IMG/VR virus record: IMGVR_UViG_3300034101_003821
DNA: 20,000 nt
Strand: one strand, 5' to 3'
Source of the DNA: an uncultured virus (IMG/VR IMGVR_UViG_3300034101_003821)
Taxonomy: Duplodnaviria > Heunggongvirae > Uroviricota > Caudoviricetes
Of the stretch, positions 9,486 to 17,091 are shown piece after piece. The position numbers and the translations under genes were made by a program. The notes under the pieces were generated by a model, which did no database searches, was not told the origin of the DNA, and saw only the letters and a program-made list of their open reading frames with translations. How positions within the stretch are numbered: position 1 is the stretch's first letter; each line of letters starts with the position of its first letter.

Positions 9486-9867
9486 GGGGGTAATCTGGAA
9501 TCGACTGACGTTGTTAGTTATTCGGGGCATGCCGGACCTGAACTAAGTCCGTTAAACTGGTTTGAAACGATACACGGCAACGTTATCAACAAACTTTCTG
9601 CAGTAGGTTTAATCCGTGCTGAAGAAGCGGTAGTAGCCTAGTCAATAGGATATTACTTTCGAGTCGGGGTGCATTAACTCAGGAACAGGAGCACTGAAGG
9701 GTTGTCTAACTAATTCTCATCCCTAAAAATGAATTGGCTGATTTTGTTGGTTTTGGTAGTAATTAAAATCAAATAGCTCGGAGCACTGCGAATAATGTTG
9801 TCCTAAGCATGTAGTCCTTAATAGTTAAGATGGACAGGAAAGGGTTCGACTCCCTATACCTCCACCG
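9486..9867 (+). ncRNA. ssrA: tmRNA
   Basis: 5' GGGGGTAATCTGGAATCGAC; 3' GGAC...AGGG-TTCGACT-CCCT-A-TACCTCC-A-CC; 7-bp acceptor stem with the G3:U alanine identity pair and A discriminator; internal tag ORF 9576..9641 GNVINKLSAVGLIRAEEAVVA*. Confidence 0.92.
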
Positions 9868-9878
9868 CAGAAAAAAAT

Positions 9879-9903
9879 AAACCCCTCTTTTTAGGAGGGG
9901 TTT
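9879..9903. terminator. Bidirectional terminator after tmRNA
   Basis: AAACCCCTC-TTTTTAG-GAGGGGTTT with flanking A/T tracts. Confidence 0.8.
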
Positions 9904-9907
9904 GTTG

Positions 9908-10276
9908 TTATAATACTTCTTTTTGATTTAATGACTTATCAATTCTTTTGTCTGTGTAACGAATTGAATCATCATATCTATCATTCATCATTCTCACCAA
10001 GTTATCGGTATTCAACCTTGAATTCTCCTCGATTGTTTCAAACCTACGAAACACGGATTCAAATTCGTGTCTGTAATCATCCCTTTGACTATCGATACCA
10101 CGATAAACATTTTCAAATTGTCGTTGAACGTTGTCAAACTCGAATCTATCGTTTTGTTTTATGACAGCAATTTGTCTTTCAATTTTACTGACCCTGAACA
10201 AACCCCAAACAACAACTCCAACAAATGTTAAAGCAACCATCGAAAGCATACCCAAAGCAAAATAAGTAATTTCCAT
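9908..10276 (-). CDS. Membrane-anchored coiled-coil protein (122 aa)
   Basis: N-terminal hydrophobic helix followed by a heptad-like helical region. Confidence 0.75.
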   Translation of the reverse strand: MEITYFALGMLSMVALTFVGVVVWGLFRVSKIERQIAVIKQNDRFEFDNVQRQFENVYRGIDSQRDDYRHEFESVFRRFETIEENSRLNTDNLVRMMNDRYDDSIRYTDKRIDKSLNQKEVL

Positions 10277-10328
10277 AATAATAAATTATTTAATCTTTAT
10301 GTCCTAAGACATAAAAAATATAATATGA

Positions 10329-10823
10329 TTACTTAAGAAGTAAAAGGATAATTGAAGTGAATCCTACTGTAACCCCACCAATACTTAATCCTGTTAACCA
10401 CTTGTTTCTGTTCTTAGCTTTCTTAAATTCAGTATTCAGTTCTTTGTACATAGCTTGTTGAGATTCATCAATCTTTTTGTAACTACCAATAATTTTGTCC
10501 TTCTTTTCAATTTCTTTTCTCAACATATCACTCACACCTTGGGATTGGTCTAATGCAGTTTTGTACTGATTTTTAACCTCAAGACAATAATCTAATACAC
10601 CATTACATTCTTTCAATTTACTTGTTACGATTTCTAAGGAATCATGTTCAATTGCTATTTGTATTGCAACCTTTCTATTGATTGTAAAAAGTGTATCTCC
10701 ATCTATAACAACTAAATCTATTTTAGGACTTACGGAATCTTTGTTACTTTTTGCCAAATCTTGTGCGTAAACCATCGAGCAGCTCATCATTAGTACTATT
10801 AGTAATAGCTTCAATCTTAACAT
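10329..10823 (-). CDS. Exported coiled-coil protein with C-terminal TM helix; spanin-like candidate
   Basis: Signal-peptide-like N-terminus (LLLIVLMMSCSMVYAQ), coiled coil and hydrophobic C-terminus; overlaps the 3' end of the upstream gene. Confidence 0.6.
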   Translation of the reverse strand: MLRLKLLLIVLMMSCSMVYAQDLAKSNKDSVSPKIDLVVIDGDTLFTINRKVAIQIAIEHDSLEIVTSKLKECNGVLDYCLEVKNQYKTALDQSQGVSDMLRKEIEKKDKIIGSYKKIDESQQAMYKELNTEFKKAKNRNKWLTGLSIGGVTVGFTSIILLLLK

Positions 10824-11100
10824 TGTTTTGAATTTTTAGTTGGTTTATTTTTGTTGATAAGTTTGACTCACTAATTCTAATACCAGTAGTAAGTGCATTT
10901 AGTTGGGATTCCATAGTTTCCCTTTCAGTTTTCATAACTTCCAATTCTTTATATAAAGAATCAATAGCTTTTCTTTCAGCATCTATTAGTTGTTGGTGGA
11001 GATTTCTAGTTTCCTTTGCGTTATAACTTATCAAATAACCCAAACCCATTCCAATAAACAAAATAGACACCACAATAATCAAGGTGTGTTTCCAATTCAT
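10744..11100 (-). CDS. N-terminal TM plus coiled-coil protein; i-spanin-like candidate
   Basis: TM helix at about residues 7-25, then a long coiled coil; overlaps the downstream exported protein. Confidence 0.6.
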   Translation of the reverse strand: MNWKHTLIIVVSILFIGMGLGYLISYNAKETRNLHQQLIDAERKAIDSLYKELEVMKTERETMESQLNALTTGIRISESNLSTKINQLKIQNNVKIEAITNSTNDELLDGLRTRFGKK

Positions 11101-11233
11101 ATTATTTAGTTTTTTTATAATTATAATTTTAACAAAAAATTTTTCAACACCATTTGACTTATTAAAGTTTAATGCGTATTTATTAAGTGTTTAATAACTA
11201 AATCAAATTAAAATCTTAAATTTTTTAGACAAA

Positions 11234-11398
11234 ATGAGAAAATTACTTTTTGGAACAATCGTTGTTCTTAGCACTGTTCTTGCTTCTTGTGGAACTACTG
11301 CAGCTACTGAAGAAAAAACTACAACTACAGATTCTACAGCCGTTGAAACTACTACAGTTACAACTCCATCTGTTGATTCAGCTAAAGTTGAGAAATAG
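11234..11398 (+). CDS. Small Thr-rich lipoprotein (54 aa)
   Basis: Not in the ORF track. MRKLLFGTIVVLSTVLASCGTTAATEEKTTTTDSTAVETTTVTTPSVDSAKVEK*; lipobox LASC; DST/DSA sequons; followed by a terminator. Confidence 0.85.
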   Translation: MRKLLFGTIVVLSTVLASCGTTAATEEKTTTTDSTAVETTTVTTPSVDSAKVEK

Positions 11399-11412
11399 TT
11401 ATAATTTCTTAC

Positions 11413-11451
11413 AAAAAATAAATCCCCACTTTTTAAGATGGGGATTTTTTT
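11413..11451. terminator. Bidirectional terminator
   Basis: AAATCCCCA...TGGGGATTT with A and T tracts, between convergent genes. Confidence 0.8.
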
Positions 11452-12094
11452 ATTTTATAAGTTGTTTAATTCTTTGCACTTCCTCTTCTAAATTTTCTTT
11501 TTCTGCTTTTTTCCTTTTCATTCTATTTTGAAGATAAGTACCAGCCATTCCTAATAAATGAAAGGGGACTAAACCAACATCTAGTAAAGAAAGTTTACCA
11601 GGTTCATAAGTTTTTAAACCAGGTACATATTTTTCTTTCTTATTTTTTTCTTTTTGTTTTTCGAATTTATCTGAAGTTTCTTTGTCTTTAATTTGGATTT
11701 CCTTTTCTTTTGATACATTTTTTTCTTGTTTAGGTTCTGTTCTAAGATTTACACTACCAGTGAAGAATGGTGTTATCAATTGTTCCAAATTACCTGAATC
11801 TACAATTTCCATACTGAAAGGACTTGAACTTGTTTTACCTATAATTTCCCCCATTCTTACAGTATCCCCATTAGATTTATATATGTCACCTAATTCATAA
11901 AATTTAGTAGTATAAGTGTCTTTTGAAAAAAAGTGTTTAATTTTAACTAGTCCCTTCTTCTTATCAACACCATAAATCTTTCCATCAAAAGGGGCGTAAA
12001 CATCAACACCATTTCTATAAGGGGTATAAGTCCATCTTTTGAATTTACTTGTATCTAAATTAGCATCTGTTGTTGGTGGATAAAATTTTACCAT
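11450..12094 (-). CDS. Degenerate M23/LytM-like domain protein
   Basis: NGVDVYAPFDGKI...GDTVRMGEIIG resembles the M23 fold, but the HxxxD, YxHL and HxH histidines are absent. Confidence 0.6.
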   Translation of the reverse strand: MVKFYPPTTDANLDTSKFKRWTYTPYRNGVDVYAPFDGKIYGVDKKKGLVKIKHFFSKDTYTTKFYELGDIYKSNGDTVRMGEIIGKTSSSPFSMEIVDSGNLEQLITPFFTGSVNLRTEPKQEKNVSKEKEIQIKDKETSDKFEKQKEKNKKEKYVPGLKTYEPGKLSLLDVGLVPFHLLGMAGTYLQNRMKRKKAEKENLEEEVQRIKQLIK

Positions 12095-12098
12095 AAAT

Positions 12099-12704
12099 TT
12101 ATTGTTTCAGGTGATTCATTAACACCCCACCTAAAGAACTTGCATGAACTGCGAGGTGATTTATGGTTTCCATATCCAATTTTGTTTTTCTTTTGGTAAA
12201 ATCAATTCCTAGTGTACCAATGAATTTGTTATCAATTGTTTTGATGGCAAATATATATTGAGATTTACAAGCCGTTTCTTCGGCAATATACTTCAACCCA
12301 TAAGTTGCAATTGTTTCATCCTTAAAATCAACAATTTCAATAACATCATTTTCGAATAACTGATTGATTGATTTTGTGAAGAGGTTTACAGGTAGGTTTT
12401 TGAAGGTATTTTGTTTTGAGGTAGCATTAGGACCGACAGCTTCATAAATCATACTGAATTTGGCCATAGATTTGCCCGTAGGATAAAAATTACCACCATT
12501 GTGGAACTGAGTAACCCAAACTCTATCACAATTGATTTCTTCCCTGATGTGTTCGATTTTTGACATTACCAATTCCCCAACTTTCAGGGCATCGTGTAAC
12601 ATATCGGGTTTTTTCTTTTTCTTATCTAATAGATTTTTAACATATAACAATGTCACAGGTCCCATCACCCCTGTTATAAACGCTACAATAATATCTGATG
12701 ACAT
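12099..12704 (-). CDS. N-terminal TM plus GAF-like domain protein; putative holin-like
   Basis: Hydrophobic N-terminus and poly-K, then DRVWVTQFHNGG...KSQYIFAIKTIDNKFIGTLGIDF, a GAF-type strand pattern. Confidence 0.6.
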   Translation of the reverse strand: MSSDIIVAFITGVMGPVTLLYVKNLLDKKKKKPDMLHDALKVGELVMSKIEHIREEINCDRVWVTQFHNGGNFYPTGKSMAKFSMIYEAVGPNATSKQNTFKNLPVNLFTKSINQLFENDVIEIVDFKDETIATYGLKYIAEETACKSQYIFAIKTIDNKFIGTLGIDFTKRKTKLDMETINHLAVHASSLGGVLMNHLKQ

Positions 12705-12753
12705 AAGGTTAAATATTTTTAGTTATTATAAATAATAAATATTGACCTTTAAC

Positions 12754-12780
12754 AAAAAAAGTACAACACTATGTTGTACT
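12754..12780 (-). terminator. Intrinsic terminator ending the early-gene block
   Basis: AGTACAACA-CTA-TGTTGTACT hairpin with an A7 tract (U-tract on the minus strand). Confidence 0.65.
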
Positions 12781-12781
12781 T

Positions 12782-13195
12782 CTATAATTTTGATTGGAAA
12801 TCACTTAATAATTCTTTTGTGAACTCAATTCCATGTCGTTCTTGGAATGTACTTGTTAATCTATCTGTTGACAATCCTTGTTTTTTTAGTAGAAGATATG
12901 CCATTAAATCTGCATCAATTTCATCTTCATCGTATCTTATTCCACCAGTGTGTCCTAATAATAAATGAGAAACTTCGTGTGCCTCAACAAATCGTAAATC
13001 ATCAAATGTCAAATCTGTATCAACAAAAAGTTCACCATCAATCATAATGGTTTTGGTCTTTGGGTAATAAAAACCAAAACCATATTTGTCAAATAATCTT
13101 GTCATCATATCGTAATTCTCATTTTCTTTGAAAATTACAGAGATGGTAACATCATCAACAAAAACACTCGGATATGATATGATATCTTGATTCAT
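12782..13195 (-). CDS. HExxH zinc metallopeptidase (ImmA/IrrE-like)
   Basis: FVEAHEVSHLLLGH followed by EIDAD. Confidence 0.75.
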   Translation of the reverse strand: MNQDIISYPSVFVDDVTISVIFKENENYDMMTRLFDKYGFGFYYPKTKTIMIDGELFVDTDLTFDDLRFVEAHEVSHLLLGHTGGIRYDEDEIDADLMAYLLLKKQGLSTDRLTSTFQERHGIEFTKELLSDFQSKL

Positions 13196-13271
13196 TTCTA
13201 TTTTAATTTACACCACCCAAAACAAACTTTACCGAATGTTATTTTGGAAATGAAATTACAGATAAATTTTT

Positions 13272-13577
13272 TCATAATTCTTTTTCTTGATAAATATTAT
13301 GGTCTGCGAATTTCAAACCATAATTCAAACCAATCATTGCCATTTGTCTCTTAGCAAAATCTTCGGTCATCTTCATCTTTTTCTTAACTTCTTTCACACC
13401 CCACTTTTGCCATTGGTCATATTGGTCTTCAGTTATTGTCCATTGAGCATACCAATCATCTTTTCTATCTTTGATATCTTCGAATGTAACATTATGACCA
13501 GCAAATTCAAACATCTTGTTGATGATGTCTATTAGTAATTGTTCTTTTTTTTGTTCGTATGATAATCTCTTAGCCAT
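13272..13577 (-). CDS. Hypothetical protein (101 aa)
   Basis: ORF in the co-directional block with an A-rich initiation region. Confidence 0.75.
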   Translation of the reverse strand: MAKRLSYEQKKEQLLIDIINKMFEFAGHNVTFEDIKDRKDDWYAQWTITEDQYDQWQKWGVKEVKKKMKMTEDFAKRQMAMIGLNYGLKFADHNIYQEKEL

Positions 13578-13597
13578 AGTAATAATTATTTTAATTG

Positions 13598-14077
13598 TTA
13601 TGAAAAATCAGTATAAGGTGCAACTCTTAAACCATCAATATATTGTTCTTTTTTTTCAAAATCGTGGGAGTATTGACGAGGATGTTGTCTACGATATGTT
13701 TCCCCATCCAATCCATCAGGTTGTCCCCATTCTAAGGCCATTTTGATGAACTCCTCAACATCCATTTCTTCACCATATTCATCAACTATTCTACCAGTTC
13801 GTATAAAGTTAAATAATTCCTCTTTGTTTGAGTAATAATTGTTATCGTGAAAATTCCATAAGAATTTCCAACCACTACTTCTTTTACCCAAATGTATTGA
13901 AGTCCCCATAGTGAATATGTCCCAAGCAGAATATCTATCAAATCCTACCTCAAAATTTGTGAACTTACGTTCAATCATATATGGTGAGACTACTAAGTTG
14001 GTAACATTCTCAATTAACTTAGCTTTTTTTTGTTCCATTTCTTGGACACTTGGTATTCTGTAGTAATTTGTTCCCAT
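13598..14077 (-). CDS. Hypothetical phage protein (159 aa)
   Basis: Motifs MGTNYY, IHLGKRSSGWKFLW and IVDEYGEE; has its own promoter. Confidence 0.8.
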   Translation of the reverse strand: MGTNYYRIPSVQEMEQKKAKLIENVTNLVVSPYMIERKFTNFEVGFDRYSAWDIFTMGTSIHLGKRSSGWKFLWNFHDNNYYSNKEELFNFIRTGRIVDEYGEEMDVEEFIKMALEWGQPDGLDGETYRRQHPRQYSHDFEKKEQYIDGLRVAPYTDFS

Positions 14078-14100
14078 TGTGATATTGTTTTATTGTCTTA

Positions 14101-14131
14101 CAAAAATAGAAAACCCCATTCTAATTTCAAA
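14101..14131 (-). promoter_or_regulatory. Bacteroidota sigma-A-type promoter
   Basis: Minus-strand TTTG (14131-14128), 19-nt spacer, TATTTTTG (14108-14101) fits -33 TTTG / -7 TAnnTTTG. Confidence 0.65.
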
Positions 14132-14156
14132 ATCAAAATGGGTTTTTTTTTAAATT

Positions 14157-14462
14157 TTATTGGGAAACTCTGAAAGACCAATCTATTTCCCACTCTCTTT
14201 GACCACCACCATAACCTGTGTCGAAATAGATACCAACCATACTACATAAATGTTCAATTTCACGAACTTTACCTAAGTCACCTTCACACTGAAGACCTAA
14301 ACAAATAGTTTTCCATTCTGTTGAGGGTAATCTATCTGGTCTGTTATATTTTTCTTTTGTGTCAGGTGTTACTATAGAATCTTTGATTAATACTTCTATT
14401 CCTTGTTCTTTTAGTTCATCAACTTTCTTCATTAGAAAGTCATATGCTTCATTGATATTCAT
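14157..14462 (-). CDS. Hypothetical protein (101 aa)
   Basis: ORF overlapping its upstream neighbour. Confidence 0.7.
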   Translation of the reverse strand: MNINEAYDFLMKKVDELKEQGIEVLIKDSIVTPDTKEKYNRPDRLPSTEWKTICLGLQCEGDLGKVREIEHLCSMVGIYFDTGYGGGQREWEIDWSFRVSQ

Positions 14463-14718
14463 TTTTCTTTAAAATTTCTATTAAACTATCTAAATTACTA
14501 CTATTAAAAAAATGTTTTTCAAACCCCTCATTTTCGAAATGTATAAATAACAATACTTCATCTTGTGGAAAAACATCTAAGACAATCTTTCCGTTCCCAA
14601 AACTAAAGTTTATCTGTAGTTCATCATCGAAATTGATTTGAGTACCATATTCCTCTTTGAGGTGTGGTTTGATTTTATTCCAAACTTCGAGCTGAAACTT
14701 TGTTAAGTTGTGTATCAT
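14449..14718 (-). CDS. Hypothetical protein (89 aa)
   Basis: ORF in a coupled block. Confidence 0.7.
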   Translation of the reverse strand: MIHNLTKFQLEVWNKIKPHLKEEYGTQINFDDELQINFSFGNGKIVLDVFPQDEVLLFIHFENEGFEKHFFNSSNLDSLIEILKKNEYQ

Positions 14719-14804
14719 GCTTTTCTGTTATTTCTAATTCGTAAAGCTAAAATTATAAAAAGGGATGTAAGAATGCTTGCCATAATAATGTTGTAGGTAT
14801 CCAT
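14715..14804 (-). CDS. Small membrane peptide (29 aa)
   Basis: Not in the ORF track. MDTYNIIMASILTSLFIILALRIRNNRKA*; fills the gap exactly, with an ATGA overlap to the next gene. Confidence 0.55.
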   Translation of the reverse strand: MDTYNIIMASILTSLFIILALRIRNNRKA

Positions 14805-14809
14805 AAATA

Positions 14810-15070
14810 TTATAATTTATCGAAATCTTCTCTCATTTTTGAGAGTTGATATTCCGTTGTTTTTCTTTCACTATCTAAGATTGATTTGATAAAATCATCA
14901 CCACCTAACTTGATAAAACGATTGATTTTAAAGTTACAAGTTGATGTCCCCTTTATCTCCATTTCCAATTTTTTTGACTCAATTAAGTTATTGATTGTTG
15001 ATAACTTGAACTCCAAATTAACTATTGTTTCTTTGAGTTTTTTTATCTCATTGTATTTTTCTTCTGTCAT
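14810..15070 (-). CDS. Hypothetical protein (86 aa)
   Basis: ORF in the co-directional block. Confidence 0.7.
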   Translation of the reverse strand: MTEEKYNEIKKLKETIVNLEFKLSTINNLIESKKLEMEIKGTSTCNFKINRFIKLGGDDFIKSILDSERKTTEYQLSKMREDFDKL

Positions 15071-15076
15071 AATATT

Positions 15077-15568
15077 TTATACTAATTGTAAGTTATTTTC
15101 TTCACAAAACCAAGAGGGAACATCACGATTTTTCCAAGAAACAAAATCTTTTTTTGCACCAATATAATAGTTTCTATATGATTGAATTACATCCTTAACC
15201 TTATATTCATCAGGCATTGCTTTGGGTGGTTCAGTGAAATCCTTATCTTTTACATTAATTGGATTCATCACACACCATTCAATAACATCTTGTGATTTAT
15301 GTCTTTTACCATAACGATAAGTGTATTCTTTACACAACTCCAACCCCAATTCACATAGGTAATAATAGTTAGATAATGACTCTCTAACCCATATTGAACA
15401 GGGGTGGTTTTTGTGTGATAATTTATATGGAATATCTAAACCTGAGTTTGTAACATGGTGAGCACCACACAAAAGTTGAGCCGCCTCCAATAGTTGTTTA
15501 ACACAATGTTTATCACAATGATATCTTGCACACTTGATGACATCATAATCTAAAAAGAAGATATTCAT
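15077..15568 (-). CDS. Pyrimidine-dimer DNA glycosylase / endonuclease V-like family protein
   Basis: MNIFFLD...A.YHCDKH.VK.LLE.AQLL...YK..H.NHPC..W...YRYGK.H...P.AMPD...YR.YY...K...W..R..P.W pattern. Confidence 0.75.
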   Translation of the reverse strand: MNIFFLDYDVIKCARYHCDKHCVKQLLEAAQLLCGAHHVTNSGLDIPYKLSHKNHPCSIWVRESLSNYYYLCELGLELCKEYTYRYGKRHKSQDVIEWCVMNPINVKDKDFTEPPKAMPDEYKVKDVIQSYRNYYIGAKKDFVSWKNRDVPSWFCEENNLQLV

Positions 15569-15570
15569 TA

Positions 15571-15993
15571 TTATTTTTCTTGAATGGTGAACGGATGAAC
15601 TTTCAATTTTGCGGTTTGTTCCTTATCCAAATGTTTTAAGAAACCATTAATATAATTAACAATATTAGCAGCTCCAACAGGATTGGCGGAGTGAACATAT
15701 ATTTGAGGGAAAGGACTTGTAAAGTTGTCCATATAGTGACCAACCAACCATTTTGCTGCATCATATCCAGTTTTTTCTTCGATGTTATCATAATCCAATA
15801 TTCCTTTTTTAATTACATTTCTAAAATATTCCTCAACCGCAGTATCACCCAAATCGTGGTCAAATGAAATAACATCAACATTGTCCAAACCAAGTTCGTT
15901 GATTTTTTTGATGAAAGCCCCATAGTTTCTAACAACAATCCAATCCTTGTCATTAGGTGTTCTTTCATCATCCAAATAGATTTTATATTTCAT
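15571..15993 (-). CDS. Cyclic-phosphate-processing receiver-like domain protein
   Basis: IYLDDER, ISFDHDLG, TGYD and HSANPVGA motifs. Confidence 0.8.
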   Translation of the reverse strand: MKYKIYLDDERTPNDKDWIVVRNYGAFIKKINELGLDNVDVISFDHDLGDTAVEEYFRNVIKKGILDYDNIEEKTGYDAAKWLVGHYMDNFTSPFPQIYVHSANPVGAANIVNYINGFLKHLDKEQTAKLKVHPFTIQEK

Positions 15994-16147
15994 AGACCAG
16001 TTTTTTGTTTTTACGAGAATATTGTTTTGAACTCTTATGAACTTTAGTCACAGCTGAAAAACCGTGGGGGTTCTTCTCTAAATATACCAATCGAGCACCA
16101 TTACCAATGGCATTCAGGGTTATATTGATTTTATTCTTCGTTTTCAT
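15983..16147 (-). CDS. Small basic protein (54 aa) with an ArfA-like C-terminal motif
   Basis: Not in the ORF track. MKTKNKINITLNAIGNGARLVYLEKNPHGFSAVTKVHKSSKQYSRKNKKLVYEI*; promoter directly upstream; overlaps the next gene. Confidence 0.75.
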   Translation of the reverse strand: MKTKNKINITLNAIGNGARLVYLEKNPHGFSAVTKVHKSSKQYSRKNKKLVYEI

Positions 16148-16167
16148 AGTGTTCTTTGTTTGTCCAA

Positions 16168-16198
16168 CAAATATAAAAACAATTTTTTATTCGTACAA
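16168..16198 (-). promoter_or_regulatory. Bacteroidota sigma-A-type promoter
   Basis: Minus-strand TTG (16198-16196), 20-nt spacer, TATATTTG (16175-16168). Confidence 0.6.
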
Positions 16199-16501
16199 CT
16201 TTTTTCGAACAAACTCTCCCAAATCTGCATCATTTGGATGACTCAAGATTTCTTCCCTATTCACACAATGTAAATCTTTAGAAGGTAAGTCAATTGCATC
16301 AATACCATAGAAATCGAGTAGTTCAATAACTTTCATAAGTTTGTGAGTTGTTTCATCAGTTTCACCCCACTCACTTATGATATGGTATCTTTGTTCCCAT
16401 CCTGAACGAAATATATAAACTACATATGGCTCAGATATTCCGTGGGGATATATTGTGGTTATATTTGGTTTCTTTTTAACTACAAGTTTGTCATTTTTCA
16501 T
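16187..16501 (-). CDS. Hypothetical protein (104 aa)
   Basis: ORF with C-terminal PNDADLGEFVRK. Confidence 0.7.
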   Translation of the reverse strand: MKNDKLVVKKKPNITTIYPHGISEPYVVYIFRSGWEQRYHIISEWGETDETTHKLMKVIELLDFYGIDAIDLPSKDLHCVNREEILSHPNDADLGEFVRKKLYE

Positions 16502-16706
16502 TGAAGAAGTGTTTTGATATTAGATATGAAAATATAAGAATTATAACCTCACAGGTCAACAAGAAACAAAATGAAGTATCTGCATGTGAGTAATTCATAA
16601 TTATACTTTTAACCTCCTCAAACTCGAAAATATTAAAAGTACCAAAATGATAAGCACCCAACATATAAAACATTAGGTGTAAAACAAGTAAAACACGGAT
16701 ATTCAT
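16491..16706 (-). CDS. Small two-TM membrane protein
   Basis: Two hydrophobic segments; overlaps the next gene. Confidence 0.6.
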   Translation of the reverse strand: MNIRVLLVLHLMFYMLGAYHFGTFNIFEFEEVKSIIMNYSHADTSFCFLLTCEVIILIFSYLISKHFFNEK

Positions 16707-16732
16707 TTGAAAAAATTATTGTGGTAAATAAA

Positions 16733-16918
16733 TCAATCTCTGTTTCTCATATGGATTGGTAACATTCTATGTGTACTTCCCCTCTTTTTGAGATTTGGAC
16801 TTTTCATTTTGTGTCTTAAGCTCGCTTGTGGATAAGAATGACAAGAGGGTCTTTGAAATACAACACAAGATGAAAGTGTAAAAAATAAAAATAATATTAA
16901 TATCTTTTTCATTATCAT
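16733..16918 (-). CDS. Small basic lipoprotein candidate
   Basis: MKKILILFLFFTLSSC lipobox. Confidence 0.6.
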   Translation of the reverse strand: MIMKKILILFLFFTLSSCVVFQRPSCHSYPQASLRHKMKSPNLKKRGSTHRMLPIHMRNRD

Positions 16919-17007
16919 AAATATCCTAAATGTCAGTATCTAAAAATCCCAACATATAAAATATTAATAGTACAATTAACATTACATAAAGCATAAGATA
17001 ATTTTTG

Positions 17008-17084
17008 TACCCCCTGAGAGAATCGAACTCTCAATCAAAACATCATCCTAAATGATGCGCGTCTACCTATTCCGCCAAGGGGGT
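17008..17084 (-). tRNA. tRNA-Leu(UAG) with a short variable region
   Basis: ACCCCCT-TG-GCGGAATAGGTAGACGC-G-CATCA-TTTAGGA-TGATG-TTTTGATT-GAGAG-TTCGATT-CTCTC-AGGGGGT-A. Confidence 0.85.
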
Positions 17085-17091
17085 ATTTTTG

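Noticed and set aside
9337..9546. ORF 9337..9546 (+)
   Set aside because: It overlaps the tmRNA 5' end and the start of an opposite-strand gene.
11250..11531. ORF 11250..11531 (+)
   Set aside because: It is an alternative frame of the lipoprotein at 11234..11398 and runs through a terminator into a convergent gene.
16926..16994. 22-aa hydrophobic micro-ORF MLYVMLIVLLIFYMLGFLDTDI
   Set aside because: It is a plausible gap filler but too short to support; AT-rich DNA yields such peptides by chance.
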